This document shows positions 10,368 to 19,090 of a stretch of DNA of 64,000 bases, in pieces (positions within the stretch are counted from its first letter, which is position 1; each line of letters begins with the position of its first letter). Source of the stretch: an uncultured Bacilli bacterium (lineage in GTDB: Bacteria; Bacillota_I; Bacilli_A; RF39; UBA660); contig CANRFG010000002.1 in the NCBI GenBank assembly GCA_947629815.1, positions 7,539 through 71,538 of the forward strand, given 5' to 3'. Below the pieces are notes generated by a model, which had not been told where the DNA came from, ran no database searches, and saw only the letters and a list, made by a program, of their open reading frames with translations. A program made the position numbers and the translations under genes.

Positions 10368-11444
10368 TTGAGAAAAGGTTTTACATTAGTAGAATTGTTA
10401 GCGGTAATAGTGATACTTGCAATAATAGCGTTAATAACAGTACCAATAATAATGAATGTGGTTGAATCATCAAAAAAAGGAGCAGTTAAAGAAAGCCCGC
10501 AAGAATGGTTTATATTTGAAGATAATAGTGATGGGACAGCAACAATAACAGGAGTATCTGATGTATGGAAAAATTTAGAGGATGAAAATAAATATGATAT
10601 AGCAATCCCTTCAAAATCAACTAATGGAAATAGTGTAACAACAATAGGAGAATATGCATTTAATGGAAACAATCTCACAAGTATTGTTATTCCAAAAAGT
10701 GTCACAACAATAGGAGGCTATGCATTTGAATATAATAATCTCACAAATTTAGTAATTCCAGATAATGTTATAACAATAGAAGATGGTGCATTTGAATATA
10801 ATAATCTTGAAAGTTTAGATTTAGGAAATGGAGTTCAGGCAATTGAAGGGTTTGCATTTTCTTTTAATAAACTCACAGGAGAGTTAGTAATTCCAAATAG
10901 TGTCACAACAATAGGAGCAGGTGCATTTGCTGATAATTTATTAACGAATTTAACAATACCAAAAAGTGTCACAACAATAGGTCCAATGGCATTTAATACA
11001 AATTTATTACCAGATGAACAAGCATTTATTTATAAAAGAAATGAAGATGGTACAGAGGATAAAACAACAATAGTAAGTTATGGTGGTAGTAAAAAAGATA
11101 TAAATATACCTAATAACACTATAATAATTGGATTAGGCGCATTTATGGGTAATAATCTCACAAGTGTAATAATTCCAAATAGTATTACAACAATAGGAGA
11201 TTCTGCATTTGAAGGTAACAATCTAACAAATATAATAATACCTGAAAATATTATAACAATAGAATCATATGCTTTTCGTAAAGATGACTATTCAAATCTA
11301 AATTTAACAAAAATAATAAATAAAACAGGAAAAGAATTTGACTGGGATGCAATTATAAATGGTTCAATTGGTAAAAACTATACATTTGTAAAAGGAACAG
11401 TAGAAAGTGATTATGGAAATGTAGAAGTAACAGATACTGAATAA
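10368..11444 (+). CDS. modular type IV pilin-like protein: prepilin N-terminal cleavage/methylation domain fused to BspA-type leucine-rich repeats (LRR_5); TTG start
   Basis: N-terminus RKGFTLVELLAVIVILAIIALITVPII is a class III signal / N-methylation motif. About ten repeats of the form TIGxxAFxxNNLTxxxIP follow. RBS AGAGGAAG precedes the start. Confidence 0.8.
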   Translation: MRKGFTLVELLAVIVILAIIALITVPIIMNVVESSKKGAVKESPQEWFIFEDNSDGTATITGVSDVWKNLEDENKYDIAIPSKSTNGNSVTTIGEYAFNGNNLTSIVIPKSVTTIGGYAFEYNNLTNLVIPDNVITIEDGAFEYNNLESLDLGNGVQAIEGFAFSFNKLTGELVIPNSVTTIGAGAFADNLLTNLTIPKSVTTIGPMAFNTNLLPDEQAFIYKRNEDGTEDKTTIVSYGGSKKDINIPNNTIIIGLGAFMGNNLTSVIIPNSITTIGDSAFEGNNLTNIIIPENIITIESYAFRKDDYSNLNLTKIINKTGKEFDWDAIINGSIGKNYTFVKGTVESDYGNVEVTDTE

Positions 11445-11451
11445 AAGATAG

Positions 11452-11481
11452 ACTATTGATTTTTAAATCAATAGTTTTTAT
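11452..11481 (+). terminator. intrinsic terminator (ACTATTGAT-ttttaa-ATCAATAGT + T5)
   Basis: 9-bp perfect stem followed by a T-run after the pilin 1 stop. Confidence 0.65.
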
Positions 11482-11570
11482 ATTTTATATTAATTTATAA
11501 AAAAGTTTTAAAAATGTATTTCTATGTATAAAATATGATATAATTAAATAAATACAGAAGGAGGATTTTT

Positions 11571-12953
11571 ATGTATTGTGAACAATGTGGAGAAAAATTA
11601 GAAAAAGATGCAGTTTTTTGTTCTAATTGTGGTGCTAAAGTAAATAAAGAAGAAATAAAAGAAGAAACTAAGCAAGAAACTAAAGAAGAAATTATCGAAA
11701 CAAAGGAAGAACAAGAAGAAAGTAGCGAAATAGTTAAAGAAAATAATAAAAGAGAAGAAGATTCAGTTTTAACTGAAGAAAACAAAGAAACAAAAGAAGA
11801 AATAAAAGAAGATGTAAAACAAAATACAACATCTAAAGAAGTAAAAAATAAAAAAAGTAAGAAACCACTTATAATTACTTTGATATCTATAGTTGGCGCT
11901 GTCATATTATTTGTTTTAGGATATTTCTTATATCAATTTATTGATTTATCTTCACCAATTAAAGAAGATTGGGGTCAAAAATATTACACTTATTTAAAAT
12001 CAGCAGAAGAAGATAAAAATATAGATATAAAATTACCAGAAGATTTAAAAAATTCTAAAATTGGATTTTATGAAATAAAAGGTTTAAATGAACCTATTAT
12101 GATAATAACATATGAAAAACAAAACAACAATTATATGAATATATATTATATAAAAGATAATGAAGTAAAAGTAATTGATTTTAATAATCCTACAAGTATA
12201 CAATTTTTGTATAATATAGAAGAAGATAACTATGACTATTATACATACACACTAAATAACAATAATGAAACCTATAAAAAAATAATTGATGAAATAAATG
12301 GAAGTTCTAAAGATTATACATTTAATGATGAAGAAAAAGATAGTGTAATAGATGTAAATGGAAATGAAATATACATTTTAAAAATGGATAAAACATTCAT
12401 AAAATTAAATACTCAAAATAATACATTAGATTATAATAATAATTTAAAAATAAAAGAATTAAAAAATTTAATTATCGATACAATTAAACAATATGAACCA
12501 CAAGATAAACTTATAAATGATGACATTAAAAACAAAGTTGAAGAAGAAAAGAAAACAGTTAATTCTAAAATAGAAGAAATAAAGAAAGCAGAAGAAGAAG
12601 TAGAAAAGAAAAAAGAAGAAGAACTAAAAAAAGGATACCAAGTTGGAAATGCAACACTTGCTTATGGAACATATAAATTTGATGTTAGTGACTTTAAAGA
12701 CTTAGGATTTAAAGAAGATGATGAGGTTTTAATTCTTAATGTAGATAAAACTTGTCATTATACAAGAAAATCAAATGTAGGTCAACCTATTGATACTGAT
12801 TGTACTTTTGAAAGTGATGATATACTAAATTCATTTGAATTTCAAAAGGGAATAAGCTTATATGATAAAGATGGAAATTTAATATATGGATTTATGGTAT
12901 ATCAAAATAATAGTTTAAGTGACCAATGGCATGGATTAAAGTTTAAAAATTAA
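11571..12953 (+). CDS. zinc-ribbon (CxxC-x14-CxxC) / Lys-Glu-rich linker / single-TM / extracytoplasmic-domain protein, unknown function
   Basis: N-terminus MYCEQCGEKLEKDAVFCSNCGAKV (zinc ribbon). A charged EK-rich segment follows, then a TM helix (PLIITLISIVGAVILFVLGYFLY) and a 330-aa external domain. A strong RBS GGAGGA precedes the start. Confidence 0.7.
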   Translation: MYCEQCGEKLEKDAVFCSNCGAKVNKEEIKEETKQETKEEIIETKEEQEESSEIVKENNKREEDSVLTEENKETKEEIKEDVKQNTTSKEVKNKKSKKPLIITLISIVGAVILFVLGYFLYQFIDLSSPIKEDWGQKYYTYLKSAEEDKNIDIKLPEDLKNSKIGFYEIKGLNEPIMIITYEKQNNNYMNIYYIKDNEVKVIDFNNPTSIQFLYNIEEDNYDYYTYTLNNNNETYKKIIDEINGSSKDYTFNDEEKDSVIDVNGNEIYILKMDKTFIKLNTQNNTLDYNNNLKIKELKNLIIDTIKQYEPQDKLINDDIKNKVEEEKKTVNSKIEEIKKAEEEVEKKKEEELKKGYQVGNATLAYGTYKFDVSDFKDLGFKEDDEVLILNVDKTCHYTRKSNVGQPIDTDCTFESDDILNSFEFQKGISLYDKDGNLIYGFMVYQNNSLSDQWHGLKFKN

Positions 12954-12982
12954 TATCTAGTAAAAAACTAGATATTTTTTTA
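12953..12982 (+). terminator. intrinsic terminator (ATATCTAGT-aaaaa-ACTAGATAT + T7)
   Basis: Perfect 9-bp stem overlapping the stop codon, followed by a T7 run. Confidence 0.65.
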
Positions 12983-13095
12983 TAATCTGTAAAGTGTATA
13001 TAATAAAAGTGTAAAGTTTTAAAAAGTATGTTATTTAATGATTGACAAATGTTATATAACGATAAATAATATAGATAATAGGAAAGAGGAAGTAA

Positions 13096-14388
13096 ATGAA
13101 AAAAGGATTTACATTAGTAGAATTATTAGCAGTAATAGTAATACTTGCAATAATAGCATTAATAACAGTACCAATAATAATGAATATAGTAGAATCATCA
13201 AGAAAGAGTTCTGCAACAGCATCAGCATATGGATACATTGATGGAGTAAAAATAATGTATGCAAAAGAAATGTTATCTGGAAGTGATTTTACATTAGATG
13301 GAAAATTTAATGTAGATGCTGAAGGTAAATTAGATGGACATAATGTAGAAGTAGAAGGAACAAAAGCAAAAGGTGGATATTTAACATATAGTGATGGAAA
13401 AATAACAGAAGGATGTTTAACAATAGGAGATTATAAAGTAACAATAGAAAATGATACTGCAAAAGAAACTGTAAAAGGAGCATGTGATAGTTCTTCAAAT
13501 GGCGATGAATCAGGAACAAATGTAGTATTTAATGATGGAAGAGAGATATATTTTAATGTTGATACAGGAGAAGAATGTACAGTAGAAGATTATGAAGCAG
13601 CAGGAGGACTAGAAGTACAAAGTAAAACAGGTAATAAACAAGGTTGTATGAAATTTTATGCATTTTTAGATAGTGAAGATTCTGAAACAGTTAATTTGCT
13701 ATTAGACCATAATACAACTGCAGAGGTAAAATGGAATTCAAGTCTAAATAATACTGAAGGTCCAAGTACAGAAGATGGTCAATTGTTATCTCAGTTAAAT
13801 AAAGATACAGAAAATTGGCATGGAACAGAAATACCAAAGAACTATTTAGCATCATGGGAATATGATAATCAAACATATAATTATACAGTAGACTATAGCA
13901 AATATAAAGCTCGATTAATAACAACTGAAGAAATTGCTAAAATTGTAAAAAAAGAAGAAAAAAAACTTGAAGAATTATGTGATGATTCATGCATTGATAG
14001 CTATGGCACATTTGATATAACAAATGGTGAGTATTGTGATAGTTACATTTATGATGATTCGGCTTCTGAGGTTTATTGTGTATCTCCTAATTTTGCTACT
14101 GGAGGTAATTATAATGGTGGTATCGTAACTTATGGATGGTTGTTTGATAATTTATCAATTGGTTCTGCTAGTTGTATAATTTATGGTTGTAAAAATGGAC
14201 AAATTGATGATTCATATAATTATTGGACGGCATCTCCTTATGTTTGTGAGTCGTATGTATATGATAATATTATTTATTATTCATGGGTAGTGTCTTACGA
14301 TGGTACTGCTAATAACAATAATATTGGAGGACTCGCAGGTATTCGCCCTGTTATTGAGGTTTCGAAATCTAAATTGTCTAATAGTTAA
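13096..14388 (+). CDS. modular type IV pilin-like protein 2: the same prepilin N-terminus fused to a Cys-rich C-terminal module
   Basis: N-terminus KKGFTLVELLAVIVILAIIALITVPII is nearly identical to pilin-like gene 1 (the first ~110 nt are about 89% identical at nucleotide level). The C-terminal 150 aa contain many Cys residues (CDDSCIDSYG..CDSYIYDD..YCVSPNF..CIIYGCKNGQ). Confidence 0.8.
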   Translation: MKKGFTLVELLAVIVILAIIALITVPIIMNIVESSRKSSATASAYGYIDGVKIMYAKEMLSGSDFTLDGKFNVDAEGKLDGHNVEVEGTKAKGGYLTYSDGKITEGCLTIGDYKVTIENDTAKETVKGACDSSSNGDESGTNVVFNDGREIYFNVDTGEECTVEDYEAAGGLEVQSKTGNKQGCMKFYAFLDSEDSETVNLLLDHNTTAEVKWNSSLNNTEGPSTEDGQLLSQLNKDTENWHGTEIPKNYLASWEYDNQTYNYTVDYSKYKARLITTEEIAKIVKKEEKKLEELCDDSCIDSYGTFDITNGEYCDSYIYDDSASEVYCVSPNFATGGNYNGGIVTYGWLFDNLSIGSASCIIYGCKNGQIDDSYNYWTASPYVCESYVYDNIIYYSWVVSYDGTANNNNIGGLAGIRPVIEVSKSKLSNS

Positions 14389-14508
14389 TAAAAAAAAGGT
14401 TAATACGTTAAGTGTTAACTTTTTTTATTAATTTGTATGAAAATAAAATTTTTTTATAAAAAGGAAATTGAATTTATATATAGTATTTTAATAATGAGGA
14501 GGTGAAAC

Positions 14509-15192
14509 ATGAAATATTACTTTGATAAATATAAAATTTATATTTTAGTTATAATTATATTAATATGTGGTTTTAGTATATTTATTTTTATAAATAATAA
14601 AAAAGTTAAAGTAGAAGAAAATATTAAAACAATAGAAAATAATACTTTTGAGCAAAATAAAGAAGAAGAAATAAAAACAGTAAAAGTAGATATTAAAGGA
14701 AGTATAAAACAACCTGGTTTATATGAAATGAATGAGAATGATAGAGTACAAGATGTAATAGAAAAAGCAGGTGGACTTACAGAAAATGCTGATGTTACTT
14801 TAATAAATTTAAGCAAAAAAGTAACAGATGAAATGATTATTAAAATATATAGTAAAGAAGAAATAAAAAACTACAAAAAAAATAATACAGAAACTATAAT
14901 AAAATATATTGAAACAGAATGTAATTGTCCTGATATTACAAATGATGCTTGTATAGATAATTCTGTAAATACTACAAACTCAACAAATACAAATACAAAT
15001 AATAAAATATCAATAAATAACGCTACAAAAGAACAATTAATTTCTATATCAGGTATAGGAGAATCAAAAGCAGAAGCAATAATAACTTATAGAAAAAATA
15101 ATGGACCATTTAAAAGTATAGAAGAAATAAAAAATGTAAGTGGAATAGGAGACTCTTTATTTGAAAAAATCAAAGATTTTATCACTATTTAA
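14509..15192 (+). CDS. comEA: competence protein ComEA (TM anchor, SLBB domain, tandem helix-hairpin-helix DNA-binding domain)
   Basis: SLBB motif KGSIKQPGLYEM..RVQDVIEKAGGL; C-terminal HhH motifs INNATKEQLISISGIGESKAEAIITYR and VSGIGDSLFEKI. Confidence 0.88.
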   Translation: MKYYFDKYKIYILVIIILICGFSIFIFINNKKVKVEENIKTIENNTFEQNKEEEIKTVKVDIKGSIKQPGLYEMNENDRVQDVIEKAGGLTENADVTLINLSKKVTDEMIIKIYSKEEIKNYKKNNTETIIKYIETECNCPDITNDACIDNSVNTTNSTNTNTNNKISINNATKEQLISISGIGESKAEAIITYRKNNGPFKSIEEIKNVSGIGDSLFEKIKDFITI

Positions 15193-17221
15193 AATATTAT
15201 TTTTATTATTAGTAATATTAAGAATAATATTTTCATTTACATTTGATAAACAAAGAGAAATACCAAATTATAATGTATTTAGAGGAGAAATATTAAGTAT
15301 TAAAATAGATGATGATAAAATAACTATTAAACTTAATTCTAAAGAAAAAATCATTGTAAATTATTATTTAAAAGAAAATGAAGATTACTCATATTTAAAA
15401 GTAGGAGACATTATAGAAGTAGAAGGAAATTTAGATTATCCAAGTGAAAATTCTAATTTTAATTTATTTAATTATAAAAATTATTTATTAAGTGAAAAAA
15501 TATATTTTACTTGTACTGCAACTAAAATTACCTTTATAAAAAATAGTAGTAATTTATTAATTAAAATGAAAAATTTTTTAATAGATTACATAAATAATTT
15601 TAAAAGTAAAAATTATTTATATACTTTTATATTAGGTGATAGTAGTACATTAGATACAAATGTAAAATCTTCCTTTCAAAATAATGGAATAAGTCATTTA
15701 TTTGCTGTATCAGGTATGCATATAACACTTATTTCTTCTATTTTTATATTTATTTTAAATAATTTCTTAAAAAATAAAAATACAAGTTATTTAATAACAA
15801 TAATATTTTTGTTTATATATTCATTTATTACAAATTTTTCTCCTTCTGTTTTAAGGTCGTTTTTACTATTTTTATTTATTTTTATTAATAATAAATATAA
15901 TTTAAAATTTAAAACTATTGAAATAATTATATTTATATTGTGTTTGTTATTATTATATAATCCATTTTATATTTATAATATAGGTTTTGTTTTTTCATTT
16001 ACAATTTCTATAGGTTTAATATATTTTTCAAAAAAAATAAACAATTTTAAAAACTATTTTTCTAAAATATTTATAACATCACTTATTTCTTTTTTATTAA
16101 GTATACCAATACTTATAAATAATTTTTTTGAAATTAATTTATTAACTCCATTTATAAATTTAATATTTGTACCACTTATTTCTATAATTATTTTTCCTTT
16201 TTCTTTAATAGTTTTATTTATACCATTATTGGATAATTTATTTTTAGTTATTGTAAGTATAATGGAAAATATATCATTGTTTATAAATAATTATTTTAAT
16301 TTAAGTATTGTATTAAAAAATATGAATTTAATAACAATATTTTTATATTATTTATTTATAATTTTAGTATTAAATAAATTTTTAAATAAAAGATACATAT
16401 ATATTATTCCAATTATAATTTTTATATTTGTATATTCAAATATAAATTATTTTAATAATACTACTAATATAACTATGATGGATGTAGGGCAAGGAGATTC
16501 AATATTTATTCAGTTACCTTACAATAAAGGAAATATTTTATTAGATACAGGAGGTATAGTAAGTTATTATGATAGTTATTCCATTACAGATAAAATAACT
16601 ATTCCATATTTAAAATCAGTTGGTGTTTATAAAATTGATTATTTAATATTAACTCATGGAGATTTTGACCATATGGGTGAAAGTATCAATTTAGTTTCTA
16701 ATTTTAAAGTAGAAAATGTAATATTTAATTGTGGTGAATACAATAATCTTGAAAAATCTCTAATTGAGGTATTAAATGAAAAGAAAATACCATATTATTC
16801 TTGTATTAAAAAATTAAATATTGAAAACAACGAATTTTATTTTTTAAATGATGGAAACTATGATAATGAGAATGATAATTCAAATGTTATATATACTGAA
16901 TTTAATAATTATAAATTTATTTTTATGGGAGACGCAAGTAGTAAAGTTGAAAATAATATTTTAAAAAAATATAGTTTAAGTGAAATAGATGTATTGAAAG
17001 TAGGACATCATGGAAGTAAAACAAGTAGCAGTAAACAATTTGTTAATAGCATTAGCCCTAAATATTCATTAATAAGTGTTGGGAAAAACAATAGGTATGG
17101 ACATCCAAATGAAGAAGTTTTAAATAATTTAGAAAGTTCAAAAATATATAGAACAGATTTAAATGGAAGTATATTATTTGAAATTAAAAATGGAAAATTA
17201 AAAATAAAAACATGTTTATAG
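15161..17221 (+). CDS. comEC: DNA internalization competence protein ComEC/Rec2 (polytopic channel plus C-terminal metallo-beta-lactamase domain)
   Basis: Competence domain (ISHLFAVSGMHITL) and an MBL domain (HGDFDHMGE, LKVGHHGSKTSSS). The TTG start overlaps comEA and has RBS AGGAG. Confidence 0.85.
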   Translation: MKKSKILSLFKILFLLLVILRIIFSFTFDKQREIPNYNVFRGEILSIKIDDDKITIKLNSKEKIIVNYYLKENEDYSYLKVGDIIEVEGNLDYPSENSNFNLFNYKNYLLSEKIYFTCTATKITFIKNSSNLLIKMKNFLIDYINNFKSKNYLYTFILGDSSTLDTNVKSSFQNNGISHLFAVSGMHITLISSIFIFILNNFLKNKNTSYLITIIFLFIYSFITNFSPSVLRSFLLFLFIFINNKYNLKFKTIEIIIFILCLLLLYNPFYIYNIGFVFSFTISIGLIYFSKKINNFKNYFSKIFITSLISFLLSIPILINNFFEINLLTPFINLIFVPLISIIIFPFSLIVLFIPLLDNLFLVIVSIMENISLFINNYFNLSIVLKNMNLITIFLYYLFIILVLNKFLNKRYIYIIPIIIFIFVYSNINYFNNTTNITMMDVGQGDSIFIQLPYNKGNILLDTGGIVSYYDSYSITDKITIPYLKSVGVYKIDYLILTHGDFDHMGESINLVSNFKVENVIFNCGEYNNLEKSLIEVLNEKKIPYYSCIKKLNIENNEFYFLNDGNYDNENDNSNVIYTEFNNYKFIFMGDASSKVENNILKKYSLSEIDVLKVGHHGSKTSSSKQFVNSISPKYSLISVGKNNRYGHPNEEVLNNLESSKIYRTDLNGSILFEIKNGKLKIKTCL

Positions 17222-17804
17222 AAAGGAGATAATGAATTACTATGATAAATAAAAAAAGAATTAATTAATAATAATTTAAATAGAAAAATTAAAAATTATT
17301 CAATTAATAAAAATGACTTAGAAACATATTATAAAGTTGGGAAAATGCTTAATGAAGAAGGAAACATTATGGAGATTGTATAATTATGATGATTTAAATA
17401 AAATAAAATATTATATTAAAGTATTAGAAGAACAAAAAGTGTTAGTTCGAGAACTTTGATTAAAAATAAAATCAATGGAATATGAGAGATTACCAATAGA
17501 AACTAAAAATAAATTAGCATAATTATATATTAATTTAGTTTTATAGTTTACACTTAATTAAACATTAAGAATATATTATTAATGAAATTAAAACAAGTTT
17601 TTAAATGAATATAATTAATAGAAATGTATATATTAAAAATAGTTTAAAAACTGTTTTTTAGGTACGCTAATCGCATATTAGCGTTTATATATAGATAGGC
17701 ATATTTTTATATGCCTTTTATTTTAAAAATAAATAATAATAAAATAATTTTAAATTTAGTATTGTCAAAAAAAATTAAATATGTTATTATTATTTTGTTG
17801 TTAT

Positions 17805-17881
17805 GGCGACGTAGCTCAGTTGGCTAGAGCACTCGGTTCATACCCGATAGGTCGAGAGTTCGAATCTCCCCGTCGCTACCA
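17805..17881 (+). tRNA. tRNA-Met (anticodon CAT; elongator-like; tRNA-Ile-lysidine not excluded)
   Basis: Hand-folded cloverleaf: acceptor GGCGACG/CGTCGCT, anticodon loop TTCATAC, T-loop TTCGAAT, encoded CCA. It closely resembles Bacillus elongator tRNA-Met. One A-C mismatch is present in the T-stem. Confidence 0.75.
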
Positions 17882-17892
17882 ATATGATGTTT

Positions 17893-17924
17893 ACCATTGA
17901 TATTCAATGGTTTTTATTTTTTTT
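17893..17924 (+). terminator. intrinsic terminator after tRNA-Met (ACCATTGA-tat-TCAATGGT + T-run); first copy of a repeated terminator module
   Basis: 8-bp stem plus T-run. Almost the same 45-50-nt module recurs after tRNA-Glu at 25527-25575. Confidence 0.7.
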
Positions 17925-18125
17925 GGTCTTGTTTATTTAATTTATTAGGAATTTGTACTTTTTAGTCAAATAAAACTACTTGAAAAAAAGCTGACTTTAT
18001 GATATATTGAATATGTCAAGGAAACTTGAATAAAATAAAAAAGGAACATTCAATATCGCATGTTGAGTGTTGCCAATATAATTTTGGTTTCACCTAAATC
18101 ATTGCTGAGTTAGGTGATTTTCTTT

Positions 18126-18209
18126 TTATATTAAAACTATAAATAGTAATAATACTAATAGGAAGATAAGAATTACTAAAGATAGAATTAAAAAATCCTT
18201 CTTATTCAT
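18126..18209 (-). CDS. possible 27-aa hydrophobic micro-peptide (MNKKDFLILSLVILIFLLVLLLFIVLI)
   Basis: Strong RBS GGGAGGCGATAGT before the ATG; a bidirectional terminator hairpin (CACCTAA...TTAGGTG at 18094-18118) follows the stop. There is no homology evidence. Confidence 0.3.
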   Translation of the reverse strand: MNKKDFLILSLVILIFLLVLLLFIVLI

Positions 18210-18547
18210 ACTATCGCCTCCCTTCTTTATGAAGTTTGGCAATCACCCAACTATTAAATGTTCCTAAAACAATTATACCAAACGTTTGTTCTTTATACAA
18301 TATAAATAGATAACTTTTTATCAAAAGAAAATAATATAGGTTATTCAATTGTAAGAAGTCATTTATGTGGTAAATGTTTATTTATGAAAATATTAAGTAA
18401 ATATAATAAACGACTTGTTAAAAGTCGTTTTTATGTTAAATAAAATTAATAAAACATATAAAAATTTTAAATTTAACAATTTTAAATCTTTATGTTTAAA
18501 ATTATAAGTGATATAATATTTATGTTGTATCGATTGGAGAATGTAAT

Positions 18548-19060
18548 ATGGAAAAAAAGAAAAAAGAAATTGTTAAAATGTTACTCAATCAAAACTTAGA
18601 TGAAAAAGACGAAGAAGAAATATTAGACCTTTTAATTAATAATCCAATATCAATAGATGTAGATAAAGAAAACGACGAAAAAATGACATTTGGAGATAAG
18701 GTTGCAGATAAATTTTCTGCCATAGCAGGTAGTTGGGCTTTTATAATATCATTTTGTGTATTTTTAATTATATGGATTATTATAAATGGAATTTTACTTA
18801 AAGATTCAATTGACCCATATCCATTTATATTATTAAACTTATTATTATCTTGTCTAGCATCATTACAAGCTCCTATAATAATGATGAGTCAAAATAGACA
18901 AGCAAAAAAAGACACCATTAGAAATAAAAACGATTATCGTACCGATTTAAAAAGCGAATTAATATTAGAATCTTTACACGATGATTTAGATAAAATAATG
19001 CAAAATCAAAATAAAATTTTAGAACATTTAAAAAAAATAGAGAACGAAAATAATAATTAA
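18548..19060 (+). CDS. DUF1003-family membrane protein
   Basis: Conserved DUF1003 core FGDKVADKFSAIAGSWAFII ... DPYPFILLNLLLSCLASLQAPIIMMSQNRQ. Confidence 0.7.
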   Translation: MEKKKKEIVKMLLNQNLDEKDEEEILDLLINNPISIDVDKENDEKMTFGDKVADKFSAIAGSWAFIISFCVFLIIWIIINGILLKDSIDPYPFILLNLLLSCLASLQAPIIMMSQNRQAKKDTIRNKNDYRTDLKSELILESLHDDLDKIMQNQNKILEHLKKIENENNN

Positions 19061-19090
19061 ATATTTTTTAAAGTTTTAGAGGTGTGTTTT

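Noticed and set aside
10277-10705. 142-aa ORF on the minus strand
   Set aside because: Entirely antisense to the pilin-like gene 1 and its promoter, with low-complexity translation and no RBS. An AT-rich antisense artefact.
11522-11905. 127-aa minus-strand ORF rich in Ser/Leu/Phe
   Set aside because: Antisense to the Glu/Lys-rich region of the zinc-ribbon gene; it is the mirror-image low-complexity frame.
13035-13924. Several 60-80-aa ORFs on both strands (13035-13238 minus, 13038-13241 plus, 13307-13519 minus, 13691-13924 minus)
   Set aside because: They overlap the pilin 2 promoter or coding region in other frames, with compositional bias typical of spurious ORFs in 25% GC DNA.
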